The notes under the pieces were generated by a model. The model was not told the origin of the DNA. It did no database searches and saw nothing but the letters and a program-made list of their open reading frames with translations. Source: Stegostoma tigrinum (lineage: Eukaryota). Taken from it: 64,000 nucleotides of DNA. The position numbers and the translations under genes were made by a program. The DNA is taken from NCBI RefSeq assembly GCF_030684315.1, contig NC_081357.1, positions 41,031,517 to 41,095,516 of the forward strand, written 5' to 3'. The first letter of the stretch is position 1. Each line of letters opens with the position of its first letter. Below are positions 11,001 through 26,000 of this stretch, piece after piece.

Positions 11001-14000
11001 TGTCCAGCCTTTCCACATAAGGTAATCCACTCAGTCCAGGTATTCGCCTAATAAACTGTCTCTGAATTGCTTCCATCACAATAAACCCTTCCATAGGTAT
11101 GGTGACCAGTACTGCAAACAGATGTGGTCTGTGGTATAACTGAAGCATAACTTCCATTCTCTTGCATCGATTATCCACACAATATAAGATATCGTACTAG
11201 CTTGCTTGACTACTTGCTGCACCTGCATACTAACCATCTGTGGTAGATCTCGTTCTAATATATAACCGTCAAGATAATATGTTTCTTTTTTATTCATTCT
11301 GCCAAGATGGACGATTGCTGTTTTCCACATTGTACTTCATTTGCCGGATTTTCAATGCAGGTTTGCATTAATTGTGTCTATTTGAGGGACTCTGAAGAGA
11401 CTCTCAAAATGTATGTTTTTGTTTAAAGTGCAATGACACTAATAGGCATCTTTCTAAAACACTAATGGATGCCTGCTAAGAAACTGACAAATGCATACTA
11501 ATAAAGTGAAGAAATTGGTCCGTTTGATATTTTTAGATTATTTTGAGTTATTTAAAATAAGATTACTCAAAAGGTAATGAACAATATATTCAGCTAAAAT
11601 GATTTCTTTAAGTGATAAATCAATTTAGTTGCATTACTAAATAGAGTACAATTGACAAGTATACACTGATCAGAACGGTGCCAGATGGATCTCATTGACT
11701 ATGAGATCTACGATTGGTGTTGTTAACCTGGGCCAATCAGGGAACCCTATCTGAGAGATATAAACAGGAGATTCAGAGAGTCTCTACATTATAGGGACTG
11801 GGGCACAGAATGAACACACGTACGCATGTAAATAAAGGGTGAGTTGGTGACAGGATATCTGCTTCCTTGGAATTATTTCAAATACTGCTTCATGCATGAA
11901 TAAAGCAATAACAATTCCAAAGTACAGTTCAATTGAGATGGTTTACAAACTGCTTTTTATTTTTAATGCAAAGCAGTTCGAGCAAGAAACTTGAACCATA
12001 AAGTCAATTTTTTAAAAATTAACTACTTTGACCACAGTTTGGACTCACATCTGTACTTGTGTCCAAAGAAGAAACTAAATAACCAAGGCAGAAGCCTACA
12101 CTTAAAAAATGTTCTAGCATCCTAGGCCTTATAAAACACATAGTTCTCTCATTATCATCAACCGTCAGAGATTTAACATAGAGCATTAAGGCTTGATTTT
12201 TGAGACAAAAGAAAATAATTTACAAGTAATCTGTAACATTAAAATGCTTCAAATGAGGCAGGGAGGATGAACACTTATTCACATAAGTCATCATACATAA
12301 AAACATAATAGGCATATCCCTACAATGTGGCATTCCAACCGGAACTCCATCAACAAACAGATAATGGGAACTGCAGATGCTGGAGAATCCAAGACAACAA
12401 AATGTGAGGCTGGATGAACACAGCAGGCCAAGGAGCATCTCAGGAGCACAAAAGCTGACGTTTCGGGCCTAGACCCTTCATCAGAGAGGGGGATGGGGTG
12501 AGGGTTCTGGAATAAATAGGGAGAGAGGGGGAGGCGGACCGAAGATGGAGAGAAAAGAAGATAGGTGGAGAGAGTATAGGTGGGGAGGTAAGGAGGGGAT
12601 AAGTCAGTCCAGGGAAGACGGACAGGTCAAGGAGGTGGGATGAGGTTAGTAGGTAGATGGGGGTGCGGCTTGGGGTGGGAGGAAGGGATGGGTGAGAGGA
12701 AGAACAGGTTAGGGAGGCGGAGACAGGTTGGACTGGTTTTGGGATGCAGTGGGTGGAGGGGAAGAGCTGGGCTGGTTGTGTGGTGCAGTGGGGGGAGGGG
12801 ACGAACTGGGCTGGTTTAGGTATGCAGTTGGGGAAGGGGAGATTTTGAAACTGGTGAAGTCCACATTGATACCATTAGGCTGCAGGGTTCCCAGGCGGAA
12901 TATGAGTTGCTGTTCCTGCAGCCTTCGGGTGGCATCATTGTGGCACTGCAGGAGGCCTGTGATGGACATGTCATCTAAAGAATGGGAGGGGGAGTGGAAA
13001 TGGTTTGCGACTGGGAGGTGCAGTAGTTTGTTGCGAACTGAGCGGAGGTGTTCTGCAAAGCGGTCTCCAAGCTTCCGCTTGGTTTCCCCAATGTAGAGGA
13101 GGCCACACCGGGTACAGTGGATGCAGTATACCACATTGGTAGATGTGCAGGTGAACCTCTGCTTAATGTGGAATGTCATCTTGGGGCCTGGGATAGGGAT
13201 GAGGGGGGAGGTGTGGGGGCAAGTGTAGCATTTCCTGCGGTTGCAGGGGAAGGTGCCGGGTGTGGTGGGGTTGGAGGGCAGTGTGGAGCGAACAAGGGAG
13301 TCACGGAGAGAGTGGTCTCTCCGGAAAGCAGACAGGGGTGGGGATGGAAAAATGTCTTGGGTGGTGGGGTCGGATTGTAGATGGCGGAACATCAACAAAC
13401 ACATTGGTTTGGAGCCCATCTACCATCCTCTGAGAAAAAGAACAGGAGATGACATCACCAATGCAGGAAATGACATCACCAACCCAAGGAAAGCTAAACA
13501 GGTAACTAGAAAGCGGGACCTAACACCAGCGCTTCACCGGAGGCTCACTGATGATGTTACCTAGAATGGTGACGATACGTCTGAAAACTAACCTTCCAGC
13601 TCAGCGAGCAAACTCCCATCTACAATGTAGTATCGAATACACCCTTAATAAGGGGACTAAATCACCACCTTTCACTAGTCCAATTAAAAATGTTATCAAT
13701 CTGAAAAAGTCAACTGTCTTTTGAGATGGGGTGAAACCAGTAATTTCTGTTTTTTATGTCTTCAATAAGTTACAAGTACAAATGCCTGTTGATATCATCC
13801 ACCTTGTTTTCATGTATGCTTACCTACACACGGCAACCTGTCCCACCTCTAGAAGTGACAGCGAATTTCCAATCACAGCCAATGATTCAAAGGCTAGCTA
13901 CAAGAAATAAAATCAAAACACATGAGCATGTTTAGGATATTCCTGGAGTTGGTCAAACTAATTTGGCAATTCAAAACTCCAAAATAAATCCAAGAAATTG

Positions 14001-17000
14001 AAACTTTTTACAAAAGATTGATTCTAATTGTGCCTCGTGGAACCTATCTTTATTTGCAGAGAATCCATTGCATTTGTGTCTATAATGAATGACGGCGATA
14101 TTTTTGATCGTCAGAATTACAGTTGAGCAAAACTTATCCCGACAGTTATAAATTTCTTTTCCAGACCTTTATTGGATGGCTATCAGGATTGGAAACATTG
14201 GTCAATTTTGCATCTATTTAATCTTGATACTAACAGCACCACACTTGTGCAACCATACAGCAGATGAGCTAATACTACACAAATCAAAAGATCGAATCTT
14301 GACATTTTCCTGGCAGTTTTACTTCAATATCACACTGGTTACTAATCCAGCTATTAGGAGGAACAAACTACTGATTTACCTTATGTAAATATTATATCAT
14401 TTTTTCTTTAGGCAGAACATCCAAAACAGCTGCTTTACTGGACATGGCAGCAGGAATATTTAAATGTATGGAGGCAGTTTCAAAAGGGGCCAAGAAGTGG
14501 GCTTTAAATTAAGGAAACATGGTATTCCATGTGATAAACAGTTTATATATTATGTATACCGTGTACATGCAAGTAAAAGTTGATCTCATGTAAAAGTCAA
14601 CCCCCTACTGGCCAAAAAATCTTGAATTTTCCACGTATGTCATGTAAAAGTCAACCCTAGTTCTTCACAGATAATAGATCAACATTTGAGAGTCAAGGTA
14701 TTATCCTGTACATAAATGTTACGATGAGGAAATGATCAGTGAGACTGCATAACAGTCAACATTAGAACAATACAGCACAGAACAGGCCCTTCGGCCCTCG
14801 ATGTTGCGCTGACCTGTGAACTAATCTAAGCCCCTCCCCCTACCCTATCCCATCATTATCCATATGCCTGACCACTTTTCTTTACCAGAAATAAAACCTT
14901 AAAATGTTAGATTGAAAACTGAAACAACAGTAGATGAGAGAAAACAAACGAAAATGGAAGCAAGTTTCAGGCACTCGTGGAATACAATCAGATACCTAGC
15001 TGAGGTTTTGAAACTTCATCATCATTTTGTGTAAAAATGCTCTCCAGAGAAAACAAAAAATATACAGCAGGATTTAACGATTATGAAGCTTTATTTGGTG
15101 CTGAAGATGTTGAACAGTGTGATTTTGCAGGATTTTAATGAACTTTTGTAATTGAAATGCTTAAGATATACCATGTAATTGTAATTTAAAGGCGTATTAT
15201 ATTTCTACTTCACTTTTTGTATGTATAAATGAAAGCTACTAATTCATTTTTGTTTCATTGTCTTTATCCAGTATTTACCATAATTCATTGTGTTTTTCTT
15301 TTCTTTATTCACTTAGAGATTAATTGGGCTTTTGCTAATGATATGGTATTTTGGACTGTAGCATGAATTTCAGTCCCTCAAAAGTAGTATCCATGTAATA
15401 GTCAACCCTATAAATTAAACCTTAAAAATAGTCAAAAAATCTCAACTTTTACATGAGTATATACAGTAAATTTACAGTCAAATGCTATGGGTGAAAATGA
15501 ATTTGAAAGAATCTGTACTATTATAGGTCACAGGTCACTGGTCACTAAATTCTCTGAACTCATAAATGTCTGATTCTGTTTGCAATTCTGCAAATTAACC
15601 TTTAACTTTCTAACAACATACCTGTTTGGAATGATTGTCAACCATACTAGAAGAATCATCGATAGCCAGACAAATCTGATATTGCCGCTTGCTTGGTTTT
15701 GTTCTGCGAAGCCAGATTTTATCTTTACGAAACTGACTGGCAATGTAGGGAATGACCTTTCGCATGTTTAATCGCTTTCCAGTTCGATAATCACCTCTGT
15801 GTACAAACATTTGTAAGTGGGGGATAAAGAAATAATTATGCCACTATTTTCCCCGAAAAACTTTAATGAACAGTAAACAAAATTAAAATAGTACTGACAG
15901 ATCTCTCTAAAATAAAGGAACTGTTTTATATGACTACTGTTCGACAGATGTCACATACCCAGCTATATGATATATCATACGTACAAGTAACTAGGCTCTG
16001 GTGATTTCTATGGAGCGAGTTCCATCTATCTTGAAATTAATTTAAATCTAGTGCTCAGTCAAGGGAGTCAACAGTTGTCCAGCAGTAGTGATGTCAGGAA
16101 ACAAAATAAACAGCATCTTACATTGAAGAATTCTCTTAGCATACCAGAAAGAAAAAAAAAAGATTATGATTTACTTACTATACATTTTAGAGAACAAAAT
16201 ATAATTGGAGTATATGTAAATACTGTGTAGTGATTATAACATGGTCAGCCAGATGTATCTCACAGAATGAGTTCCCTGATTGGGGCTATTGATGTAGTCC
16301 AATCAGGGATCCCTGGCTGACAGATAAGAACAAGTGTTCAGACATGCTGTTCACTCAGAGAACTGGCTCTGAGGGAATTGGATCAGTGTCAAGAATTGTC
16401 CATGTGCAAATAACGGGTGACTTGGTTATGGGATACTGGTCTCTGTGGAGTTATTTCAAACTGAAATATCAAACAAAAATCACCCAATTTAAAATTTAAA
16501 AAATATAAAAAGTCCAGTTTCAGCAAAGTTATTCAGAAGTAAATGTAACTTATTATGACATTAAAACCCCAGTTACACTTCTTTTTTGTAGGGAAGTGTA
16601 ACTCTTAGGGGATTTTACACAGCATCTTCACAGTACAAAAGTGGAATTTAATCAGTTCAATGACTTAACAAAGATTGCGGTCATCACTGACAGTAACTTC
16701 TGAATTTCACGTTTAATTATACACATGAAGATGGCAGAGGTTGCTATTGATTTCACAGGATAATATAGCAAATGCTGGCACTTCTGTTGTCATTATAACA
16801 GAATTTGGACCAACTGACTGGACAGATCACTTCCTTTAAAATCAAGCAAAGGAGTTGGTGGCCACCTAGAGAAACTGAATGGAGTCTCACTGAGAGGTAA
16901 TAGCAAACTTCAGCCCTGGTCCAGATATTTAACAATGTAATGGGTAACAAAAGACAAATTAAATATAAGTGAGTAATGTTACTTCAGATGAATAAATTAG

Positions 17001-20000
17001 TGGAAGGCACGAATGCTGTACACAAAACAATAGCTCCTTAGGTCTTTTATGAAATGAAATCTCTAACAAATACACAGTGGAAGCTCTATTCTGGAGATAT
17101 ATCTTAAACACAAAGGGTTAGTCTCTTGAAGTACCCATATCATCATACACTATATCGATGAGAGAAAGGAGGAATGGGAATCATTTAAAGTTACATTCTG
17201 AAACCTTTTAATTTGAGAAATAAAGCATTGTCCTGTAAGAATCAAAGACACTAAATAATAATTATCAGGGTCTACTCCACACTTGCTTTGGTGTTTGAGA
17301 AATCCAAATCTGTGGTCCACAAAAGATCCGAAGGAGAAAAAGCTAGCTACAATTTTAGTACTAATTTTAGATTCTAATTCGATCATCTGTAATCTTAAAC
17401 TGATTATCAGTTATGTTGATTCCATTATTATCCTGTGACTAAAAACAACCTTGTAATTTCCACATTAACAGAAAACAACAGTGATGAGCACACTGACCTG
17501 AGTTTAGCTGCTTGGGTGGGTTCTAATATAAGCCGAAGCTGTTCACATAGTTGCTGTGACAGGGGAGCTGTCAAGGCCTGGTACTGCTGCCACATCTCAG
17601 CAGCAGCTTTCTCCTGGTAGTAACAAAAATAAATATGAGAAAAAAAGAATCAAGTGTAGTGGGAAAATTTTTTTTAGCAATAATGTTCCCAATATTGGCA
17701 GGTTATCAGTTCTACAGAATTGGGTTCATGTGTGATAGCAGACATGGAAGTGTCCTAAGGATCGACAGCTCGGTCTTCCATGATATTCCAAACTTTACTG
17801 TTAGAATCTAATATTGTAGAAATGGAGGACATTTCAAAAAAAAAGGGGACTCTTTTCAAATGAGAAGGGTATTTTTCCCCCTCAGGAGGTAGTCATGAGT
17901 CTTGTGCAGGAATGTGGAATTGAGGTCATAGTCTAAATGAATGACAAGAACATACAGATTGTTTGGTCAAATGGCCTATATTGGCTCCGAATACACGTTT
18001 GTATTATCAGAGCATCTACAACAGACATCCCACAAACAATATTTAGAGCTTGAAGATGCAAACTTAGAACAAACTTCACTTCTGCTACCCATGGTATGCA
18101 ATGACACCACAGACTAAATAAAAGTGAATTTATAAAAAATTTAAGAACTCAAAACTTTTATACCTTGTAATTTTGAATTCCTCCATTTGAGCTTTCAAGA
18201 AATCTGCACATTTTGCAGCACAGTGAATGAAAAATCTTTTCAAACACAACCAAGTGAAAAATTTTGTTGAAATAATTTATTCTGAACAGTACCATTTACA
18301 TCTCTCTCCCTACCCTTCCTCTTAAGTGTAGCGAGGGTACACTTCCCTCCCTATTCAATTTAGTATAGCACCACATGACCAGCAACATCCCAAAGTTCTC
18401 CGAGTGGCCAACCTACCCACCAATAGATTCAGTTATGCTTATTGTGATGCAAGTTGTGTGGTTTGTACATATTTTAATATCAATTATTTTAGAGCTTGGA
18501 TCTTAAACTAATGGCATGTGAATTTTAGGGTTTAATGATTAACTTGCAGACTTTCTGAAGCGATAATGGGAATTTCTTGGCAGTGAGAGTGTTTCATGAG
18601 CAGACAAAGTACACATTGAAAAGCATCACAGTGTGGAGATTGCTTTCAGATAGAAGAATCAAAAATTCATTTTGCTTTGGTGCAAAATTGATAAGCTTGG
18701 AAAGTTCCAGGCCCCTCTCAGTTTGCAGAAGTTCTGGTTGAAGCTGGATGTATAAAAGAGTTTCTCCCAGAGGGTTTTAGGTTGAAAGTTCCAGATCAGA
18801 AGTATGTGAGTAGAATCAATTATTTGAAAGCTCAGTTATGTGACTAATCAAGAAAAATGTTATCAATCTCTCAAAACTGGGAACTGAGAGAAACAGTTAC
18901 ATATAAAGTAGATATTATAGAGAAGGTAATGAATTTTCTCCAATGTTTGAGTACTATAAAATGGTGATATTTGGACAGATTGTATTGTATTTTACCATGT
19001 TTTATGTAAATGATGTTAATCTGAGATCTGACTTGTCCACTAGTAACATCAGCTAGGATCAGAGCAATGTCAATGGCAATCACCATTACTGGTATCTCTG
19101 CTGTTTGGAGCTATTCAACATGAAATCAGTGGAAAATGTTAGGCCACACTATAGGAAGGATGTGGAGGCTTTTCAGAGGATGCAAAAGAGGTTTGCCAGG
19201 ATGTTGCCTGGATCAGAATGTATTAGCTAAAAGGAGAGTTCAGACAAACTTGGTCTGATTTGTTACAGCATTGGAAGCTGAAGGGTGACCTGAAAGAATT
19301 ATTTGAGAGGCATGGACAAGGTGGACAGTTGGACTATTTTTCCCAGGGTGGAAATATTAAATACTAGAGGGCATTGTTTTTAAAAAAGAGAGGGAAGGTT
19401 TAACAGAAGCATGTGAGGCAAGTTTTTCTTTTAAAACATAAAGATGTTAAGTGCCTGGGACACATTGCCAGGGCAGTGGTAGAAGCAGATAGAATAGCAA
19501 TGTTTAAGAGGCATTTCGGCAGACATGTGGGCAGGCAGGGAGCAGAGGGACACAGATCATGTGCAGGCAAATGCATGACATCATGGTCGGCACAGATATG
19601 GGGGGCCAAAGGACCTGTTCTTGTGCTGAACTCTTTCAAGAGCCTACCCTATTTACCTCTCTGTGCCCAAGCTAGCTTAAGCATCCTCTCTAAAAATTCT
19701 TTCCGCAAGCAGCTAACTTGGTAGAGAGGAGCTCATATCTAGGACCTAATTATCCATGAGTGGCTGGTTGGGGGTTATTGAAGTTAAAGCAGTTATATTA
19801 CCCTTCAACTTTCACCAATCTTGAGTTTAAACAACATAACAGTGCTTAATATTTCTATATTTCCTGAAACTTTTCTTGGTTGGATTAATTTATTCAGCTA
19901 ATAATTGACCCAAATACGTTGGAAGACTGTATTACAGCAGCATACCATGAAAGATGCGCTAAAGGATCACTGGGAATTCTCAATACACACCTACCTCCCA

Positions 20001-23000
20001 AATGCTCAGGCAGTTTGGTGTTTCCAGTGAGTGATCACCTTGCAACTGGAACCCTCTGAGAATCTGCTCCAACTTCTGGGCAACTATACAACTGACATCC
20101 TGACTCACCATTGACAACCCGACCTAAAATCCAGCCTTTTCCAGCCAACCCAAAATGACAATCCTGACCTACCCTAAACCCTCACCCACTTACCTTGCAC
20201 ATTTAAAAGCCTCTCCTTATCCTGCCCAAGTGTCTTATGCCGTTTAAACTCCAGAATACAGCAGCTACTACAGTAAAAAGGGGAGAGGGGCCCAGGATTG
20301 GCCTCTGGCAGTGATCTTCTGCTGTGTTAGAAAGCTCCCTGAACGAGTATGCTGTGCACTTCTCCAGAGGCCCAAATCAGAAGTTTGGGCCTGAAAAATG
20401 GAGATATACAGAAGTGGAGGAGAAAAGAAGCAGAATAGCAATCAGACTATGACTATCAGTTGCTGGAACATTTGGTTCATTTGAACACAATAGTGCGTAG
20501 GACATGCTAAAAGGGCTGGGTTTCGATTTCATGTCTTAACATGCTTTAAAAGCGAGAGAAAAAAAAGCAAGAAATCTGGGGCATGTTAAACCTTTTCAAA
20601 ATGTGCCATTTTACTGATAAAGGATTTAAAAATGAATCTGCCTTCGGTCTTTAAAATAAAATTCTTCTCCCTTTATTAGTCAGTTCCTTAATTCTTGTCC
20701 TTTACTTACCTCTTCTGGACTTCCAGACTTCTCATTTCGCCAAGCATCGAGCTGCTGTTCCAGCTGCTTACGTAGTTGTGCTGGGTCAGGAACAACTCTC
20801 TGGAAAACAAATTGTGTCACTTAACTAGAAAATGGTAGAACTCAAAGGCATTGCTCAAACATACTGAGCAATGATTCATTCACTACCTGCACCGGATTGC
20901 AACCATGAATTCGCCTTGGTGGTAAAGTGCATTTGGACTGAACAAGAATGTGTACGCAAAGGAGTATGCAGGGTTCTCTTCTATTTCCAGAGTCCATTAA
21001 CTAGTTTGCAATGTACTGCTGTTTTGTAAATGGGAATATACTTATCTCAGTGACAACCAAATACAGATCATGTGTCTCACCATCATTTCCCCACATCTTT
21101 TTGATCCCTCTGCGTGCTTACCATTTCCCAATGGGTTCAGAAAAAGCAGCTGCAGTGAGGTTGATGCCTCATCCAATACTCAAAACCACCTGAATTTCCC
21201 TCATGCCAAGGCCTTCAATTTCCCAAAGGCTCAGTTTGTTTAAGAACTAATGGTTGAAAACTACCACTTCGAATTTTTCTCAACATCTTGTAAATCAATA
21301 ATGTACTATGATCCTTTTCTTCCTAAAGTAATTTATTTAGCAGTATCACATTAAAGTAGCAGCTTGTGCTTTATGCTTATTTGCCATATAATCCAAAATG
21401 ACCATCGAGTGACCATCATTCGAAAATCTTCTTTTTCAGCTTTATGTTTATGGAATGGAAAGGTGCTAAACTTTTATAAAAGTAAAAGCAAAATTCTGTG
21501 TATGCTGGAAATGTGAAATGAAAACAAAGTGCTGGAGAAACTCAGCAGGTCTGGTAGTCTCTGTGAAGAGGGAAACAGAGTTAAGCTTAAAGGTCAATGA
21601 AAGAAGTATAAAATAATACACAAATAAGAATATTTGCTTTCCCTGCCACTTTTGCAAAAGCACAAAAATCATTTTCTAGGCCCCTTCAGATATGAATGCA
21701 TTACTGCACTTGATATGCTAATTCGGTTTCTCTCTCCACAGATGCTGGTAAACCTGCTGAGTTTCTCCAACACTTTCTGCTTTTGTCTGTAAGCTTCCAT
21801 ACTTTTTCAAAGTCCTCAGTTAGCAGATCATGCTTGGTGTGAATGGTAGACTCTCTGCTCCTTTCAGGAATCTCTTCATTTTCTGATTCTGAGTCATCTC
21901 TTGCAGCATCCACCTCTTTAGGTTTGGGAAGCTGAAACTCTCCTTCAAGATTGCTGTCAGATCCTGCAAACATACCAGATAGGTTTCAACTGACTTAAGA
22001 GTTTAAAATAAATCTTTAAAGCCTTGATTTTCACAGTTCTTGATAGGCAAAAATAATTTGCAGCCAGTGAAGTGGTTTTCAAGAAGAGTTAACAATATAA
22101 AAAAAACGCAATAGCCATTTTGCACACAAACTCAAATATAACAAAAAGGCAACACATCAATTAATATGGAACACAGGAACAGGAGTAGGCACTGCAGCCC
22201 CCTAAGCCTGTTTTGCCAATGACACCAAGGCTGATCTATGGCCTAGGTCGATATACCTGCCTTCGGTCCATATGCCTTAATGTCTTAGCTTAACAAAAAT
22301 GTATCTATCTCGGGTTCAAAACTAACAACTGATTCAGCATCTACTGCAATTTGTGGAAGAGTTCCAAATATCTACCATCCTTTGTGTCAAATTGCTTCTT
22401 AACATCTCTCCTGAACTACGTCCCTGATTCTCAGACCATGCACCCTAGTTCTAGAAACTCCAACCATGGAATTAGTTTATCTTTATCTTCCCTGTTTTTT
22501 CCTTTTAATGTCTTGGAGACTTTGATCAGATTACGCCTTAACTTATTAAATTCTACAGAAGACTGGAAGGAGAGCCTAGTGGGTAAGACAGTAGAACAAC
22601 AATGGCAGGAGTTTCTGGATGTAATTGAGGACACAGTACAGAGGTTCATCCCACAGAAAAGAAAGATTACCCGGGGTGTGATTAGACAGCCATGGCTGAC
22701 AAAGGAAGTCAGGAAATATATCAAAGAAAAAGAGACAGCCTATAAAGTGGCTAAGAGCACTGGGAAATCAGAAGATTGGGAAGGCTACAAAAACAAACAG
22801 AGGATAACAAAGAGAGAAATAAGGAAGGAGAGGATCAAATATGAAGGTAGGCTAGCTAGTAATATTAGAAATGATAGTAAAAGTTTCTTTCAATATGTAA
22901 GAAACAAACGAGAGGCAAAAGGAAACATTGGGCCGCTCCAAATTGATGATGGAAGGCTAGCGATGGGAGATAAGGAAATAGCTTAAGAACTTAATAGGTA

Positions 23001-26000
23001 CTTTGCGTCAGTCTTCACAGTGGAAGACATGAGTAGTATGCCAACAATTAGGGAGAGTCAGGGGGCAGAGTTGAGCATGGCAGGCATTACAAAACAGAAA
23101 GTGCTAGAAAAGCTAAAAGGTCTAAAAATTGATAAATCTCCTGGCCCCGATGGGCTACATCCTCGAGTTCTGAGAGAGGTGACTGAGGAAATAGTGGAGG
23201 CTTTGGCTGTGATGTTTCAAAAGTCACTGGAGTCTGGGAATGTCCCAGATGATTGGAAAATTGCTGTTGTAACCCCTTGTTTAAGAAAGGATCAAGGCAA
23301 AAGATGGAAAATTATAGGCCGATTAGCCTAACCTCAGTAGTTGGTAAAATTCTAGATTCCATTGTTAAGGATGAGATTTCTAAATTCCTGGAAGTGCAGG
23401 GTCAGATTAGAACAAGTCAGCATGGATTTAGTAAAGGGATGTTGTGCCTGATAAACCTGTTAGAATTCTTTGAAGAGGTAAAAAGTATGTTAGACTAGGG
23501 AAACCCAGTAGATGTTATCTATCTAGACTTCCAAAAGGCCTTTGATAAAGTGCCTCATGGGAGGCTGCTGAGCAAGGTGAGGGCCCATGGTGTTCAAGGT
23601 GAGCTATTGGCTTGGATGGAGGATTGGCTGTCTGACAGAAGGCAGAGTGTTGGGATAAAAGGCTCTTTTTGAGAATAGCAACTGGTGGCGAGTGGTGTCC
23701 CACAGGGTTCAGTGTTGAGGCCGCAGCTGTTCATCCTATATATTAATGATCTGGATGAAGAGACTGGAGACATTCTGGTGAAGTTTGCAGATGATACAAA
23801 GATAGGTGGACAGGCAGGTAGTGCTGAGGAGGTGGGGAAGCTGCAGAAAGATTTACACAGTTGAGGAGAGTGGTCCAGGAAATGGCTAAAGAAATTCAAC
23901 GTGAGCAAATGCGAGGTTTTGCACTTTGGAAAAAAGAATACAGGCATGGACTATTTTCTAAATGGTGAGAAAATTCGTAAAGCAGAAGTACAAAGGAATC
24001 TGGGAGTGTTGGTCCAGGATTCTCTAAAAGTTAGCTTGCAGGTAGAGTCCGTGATTAAGAAAGTAAATGTAATGTTGTTGTTTATCTCAAGAGGGTTGGA
24101 ATATAAAAGCAGTGATGTGCTTCTGACACTTTATATAGCTCTAGTTAGGCCCATTTAGAATACTGTGTCCAATTTTGGGCTCCACATCTCAGGAAGGACA
24201 TACTGGTCCTGGAGCGTGTCCAGCGGAGATTCACACAGGTGCTCCCTGGAATGGTAGTTTTAACGTATGATGAACGGCTAAGGATCCTGGGATTGTATTC
24301 ATTAGAGTTTAGAAGGTTGAGGGGAGATCTAATAGAAACTTACAAGATAATGTATGGCTTAGAAAGGGTGGACGCTGGGAAGTTGTTTCCGTTAGGCCGG
24401 GAGACTAGGACCCGTGGGTACAGCCTTAGAATTAGAGGGGGTAAATTTAAAACTGAACTGCAGAGACATTTCTTCAGCCAGAGAGTGGTGGGCTTGTGGA
24501 ATTCATTGCCACGGAGTGCAGTGGAGGCTGGGATGTTAGATGCCTTCAAGGCAGAGATCGACAAATTCTTGGTCTCACAAGGTATCAAGGGTTACGGGGA
24601 GAGTGCAGGGAAGTGGAGTTGAAATGCCCATCAGCCATGATTTAAATGGCGGAGTGGACTCAATGGGCCGAATGGCCTTACTTCCACTCCTATGTCTTAT
24701 GGTCTAAGACAGGCCAAATTTATGTAATCTCTCCTCATATCTGGACTTGAGGAATTAAGTTATGATTCTTGTAAACCTATGTTGTACTTCCTCCAAGAAC
24801 AATATTTCCTTTCTAAAGTGTGGTGCCCTGCTCCCAGTACTCCAAGGTGAGGTCTAACTAGGGTTGTGTATAACCGAAATATCACTTCTACATCCTTACT
24901 TTCCTGTCACCTACTTGTAAACGCCAACATTACATTAGCCTTCCAAATTATTTTTGTACTGTTTATATTTTTAAAGATCTATGCACTTGTACCCCCAAGT
25001 CTTGCTGGACATCCACTGAATTTAATGGTCAACGAGAATTGAATATTTAACTTCTTTTCTGTTGATGAAAATGACTCATGTTCTGCGTGTTGGATTTCAT
25101 ACAAAAATGAGTTTTTAGGAGGAGATTATTGGACAACACCAAAATTGGGCCAGCCAAGTTAGCAACTAACAATACTCCAAATCCCCAGTTGTCACAATCA
25201 GCTAATTATTGTTTTAGAAAAAGCAAATTCATACTTTCAATGCAACAATGTCATAGTAACGAATGGAATTAATAGCAGAAATAGGCTATTTTGCCCCTCA
25301 AACTTGCTCCACCGTTCAACCAACACAAATGTATTTCCATTGTGACTTAAAAGTGGCGAGTAAAGCTGCACGCAGTATTTGGGATGGACTCTCGCCAATG
25401 CCTGTGTAATGCAGTGTAATATTGTTTTGTGTTTAATTCTTTTTGTAACAAAAGGTAGCATTCCATTAGCTGCCTTAGTTACTCACTGTGACTGCAAACT
25501 AACTTTGTGTCACTCATGCACTGGAACACCTGGAACCCTGTGCACCTCATAATTCTTCAGCTGTTCTGCTTTTGAGTAGTTCTCTGCTTAATGAGAACAA
25601 CTTCACATTTTCCCACTCTGTACTCCATCTGCCAGATTTTTGCCCAGTCGTTTAACTTATCTGTAATCCTCATAGACTCTTCACAACATACTCTCTTACC
25701 TAGTTTCGGCATGGTTCATGATTTTCAGTGTGTCATGTCGTATCTTGAAATTTAGATACTGGCTTGTTAGTTTGCATTAAAAGTAAAATAAAATTTGAAG
25801 TTACAGTGTACAGGGATTCCCCGCATTGCGAATGGGTTTGGTTCTACAGACCATTTGCAAGTCATACTGCATTTCAGGACAATGGAAAGCAGCCATTTGT
25901 ACAAGGAATGTTTATCTGTTGGCCCTTTAAACTTTAAACCATGTATGGGATCGGTTTCTAAGTACAAGCATTTGTAAGTCAAATGTTCATAAGGCAGGGA

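Larger units (their letters stand above)
12329..13619 (+). mobile_element. Penelope-like 3' terminal fragment (host), split by nested insertion
   Basis: WHSNRNS|INKHIGLEPIY peptide continues across insert; ctacaatgt TSD 12320-12328/13620-13628; hammerhead-like motif 13548-13584. Confidence 0.8.

Noticed and set aside
22351-24622. Functional reverse transcriptase gene
   Set aside because: 5'-truncated CR1 with multiple stops and frameshifts.
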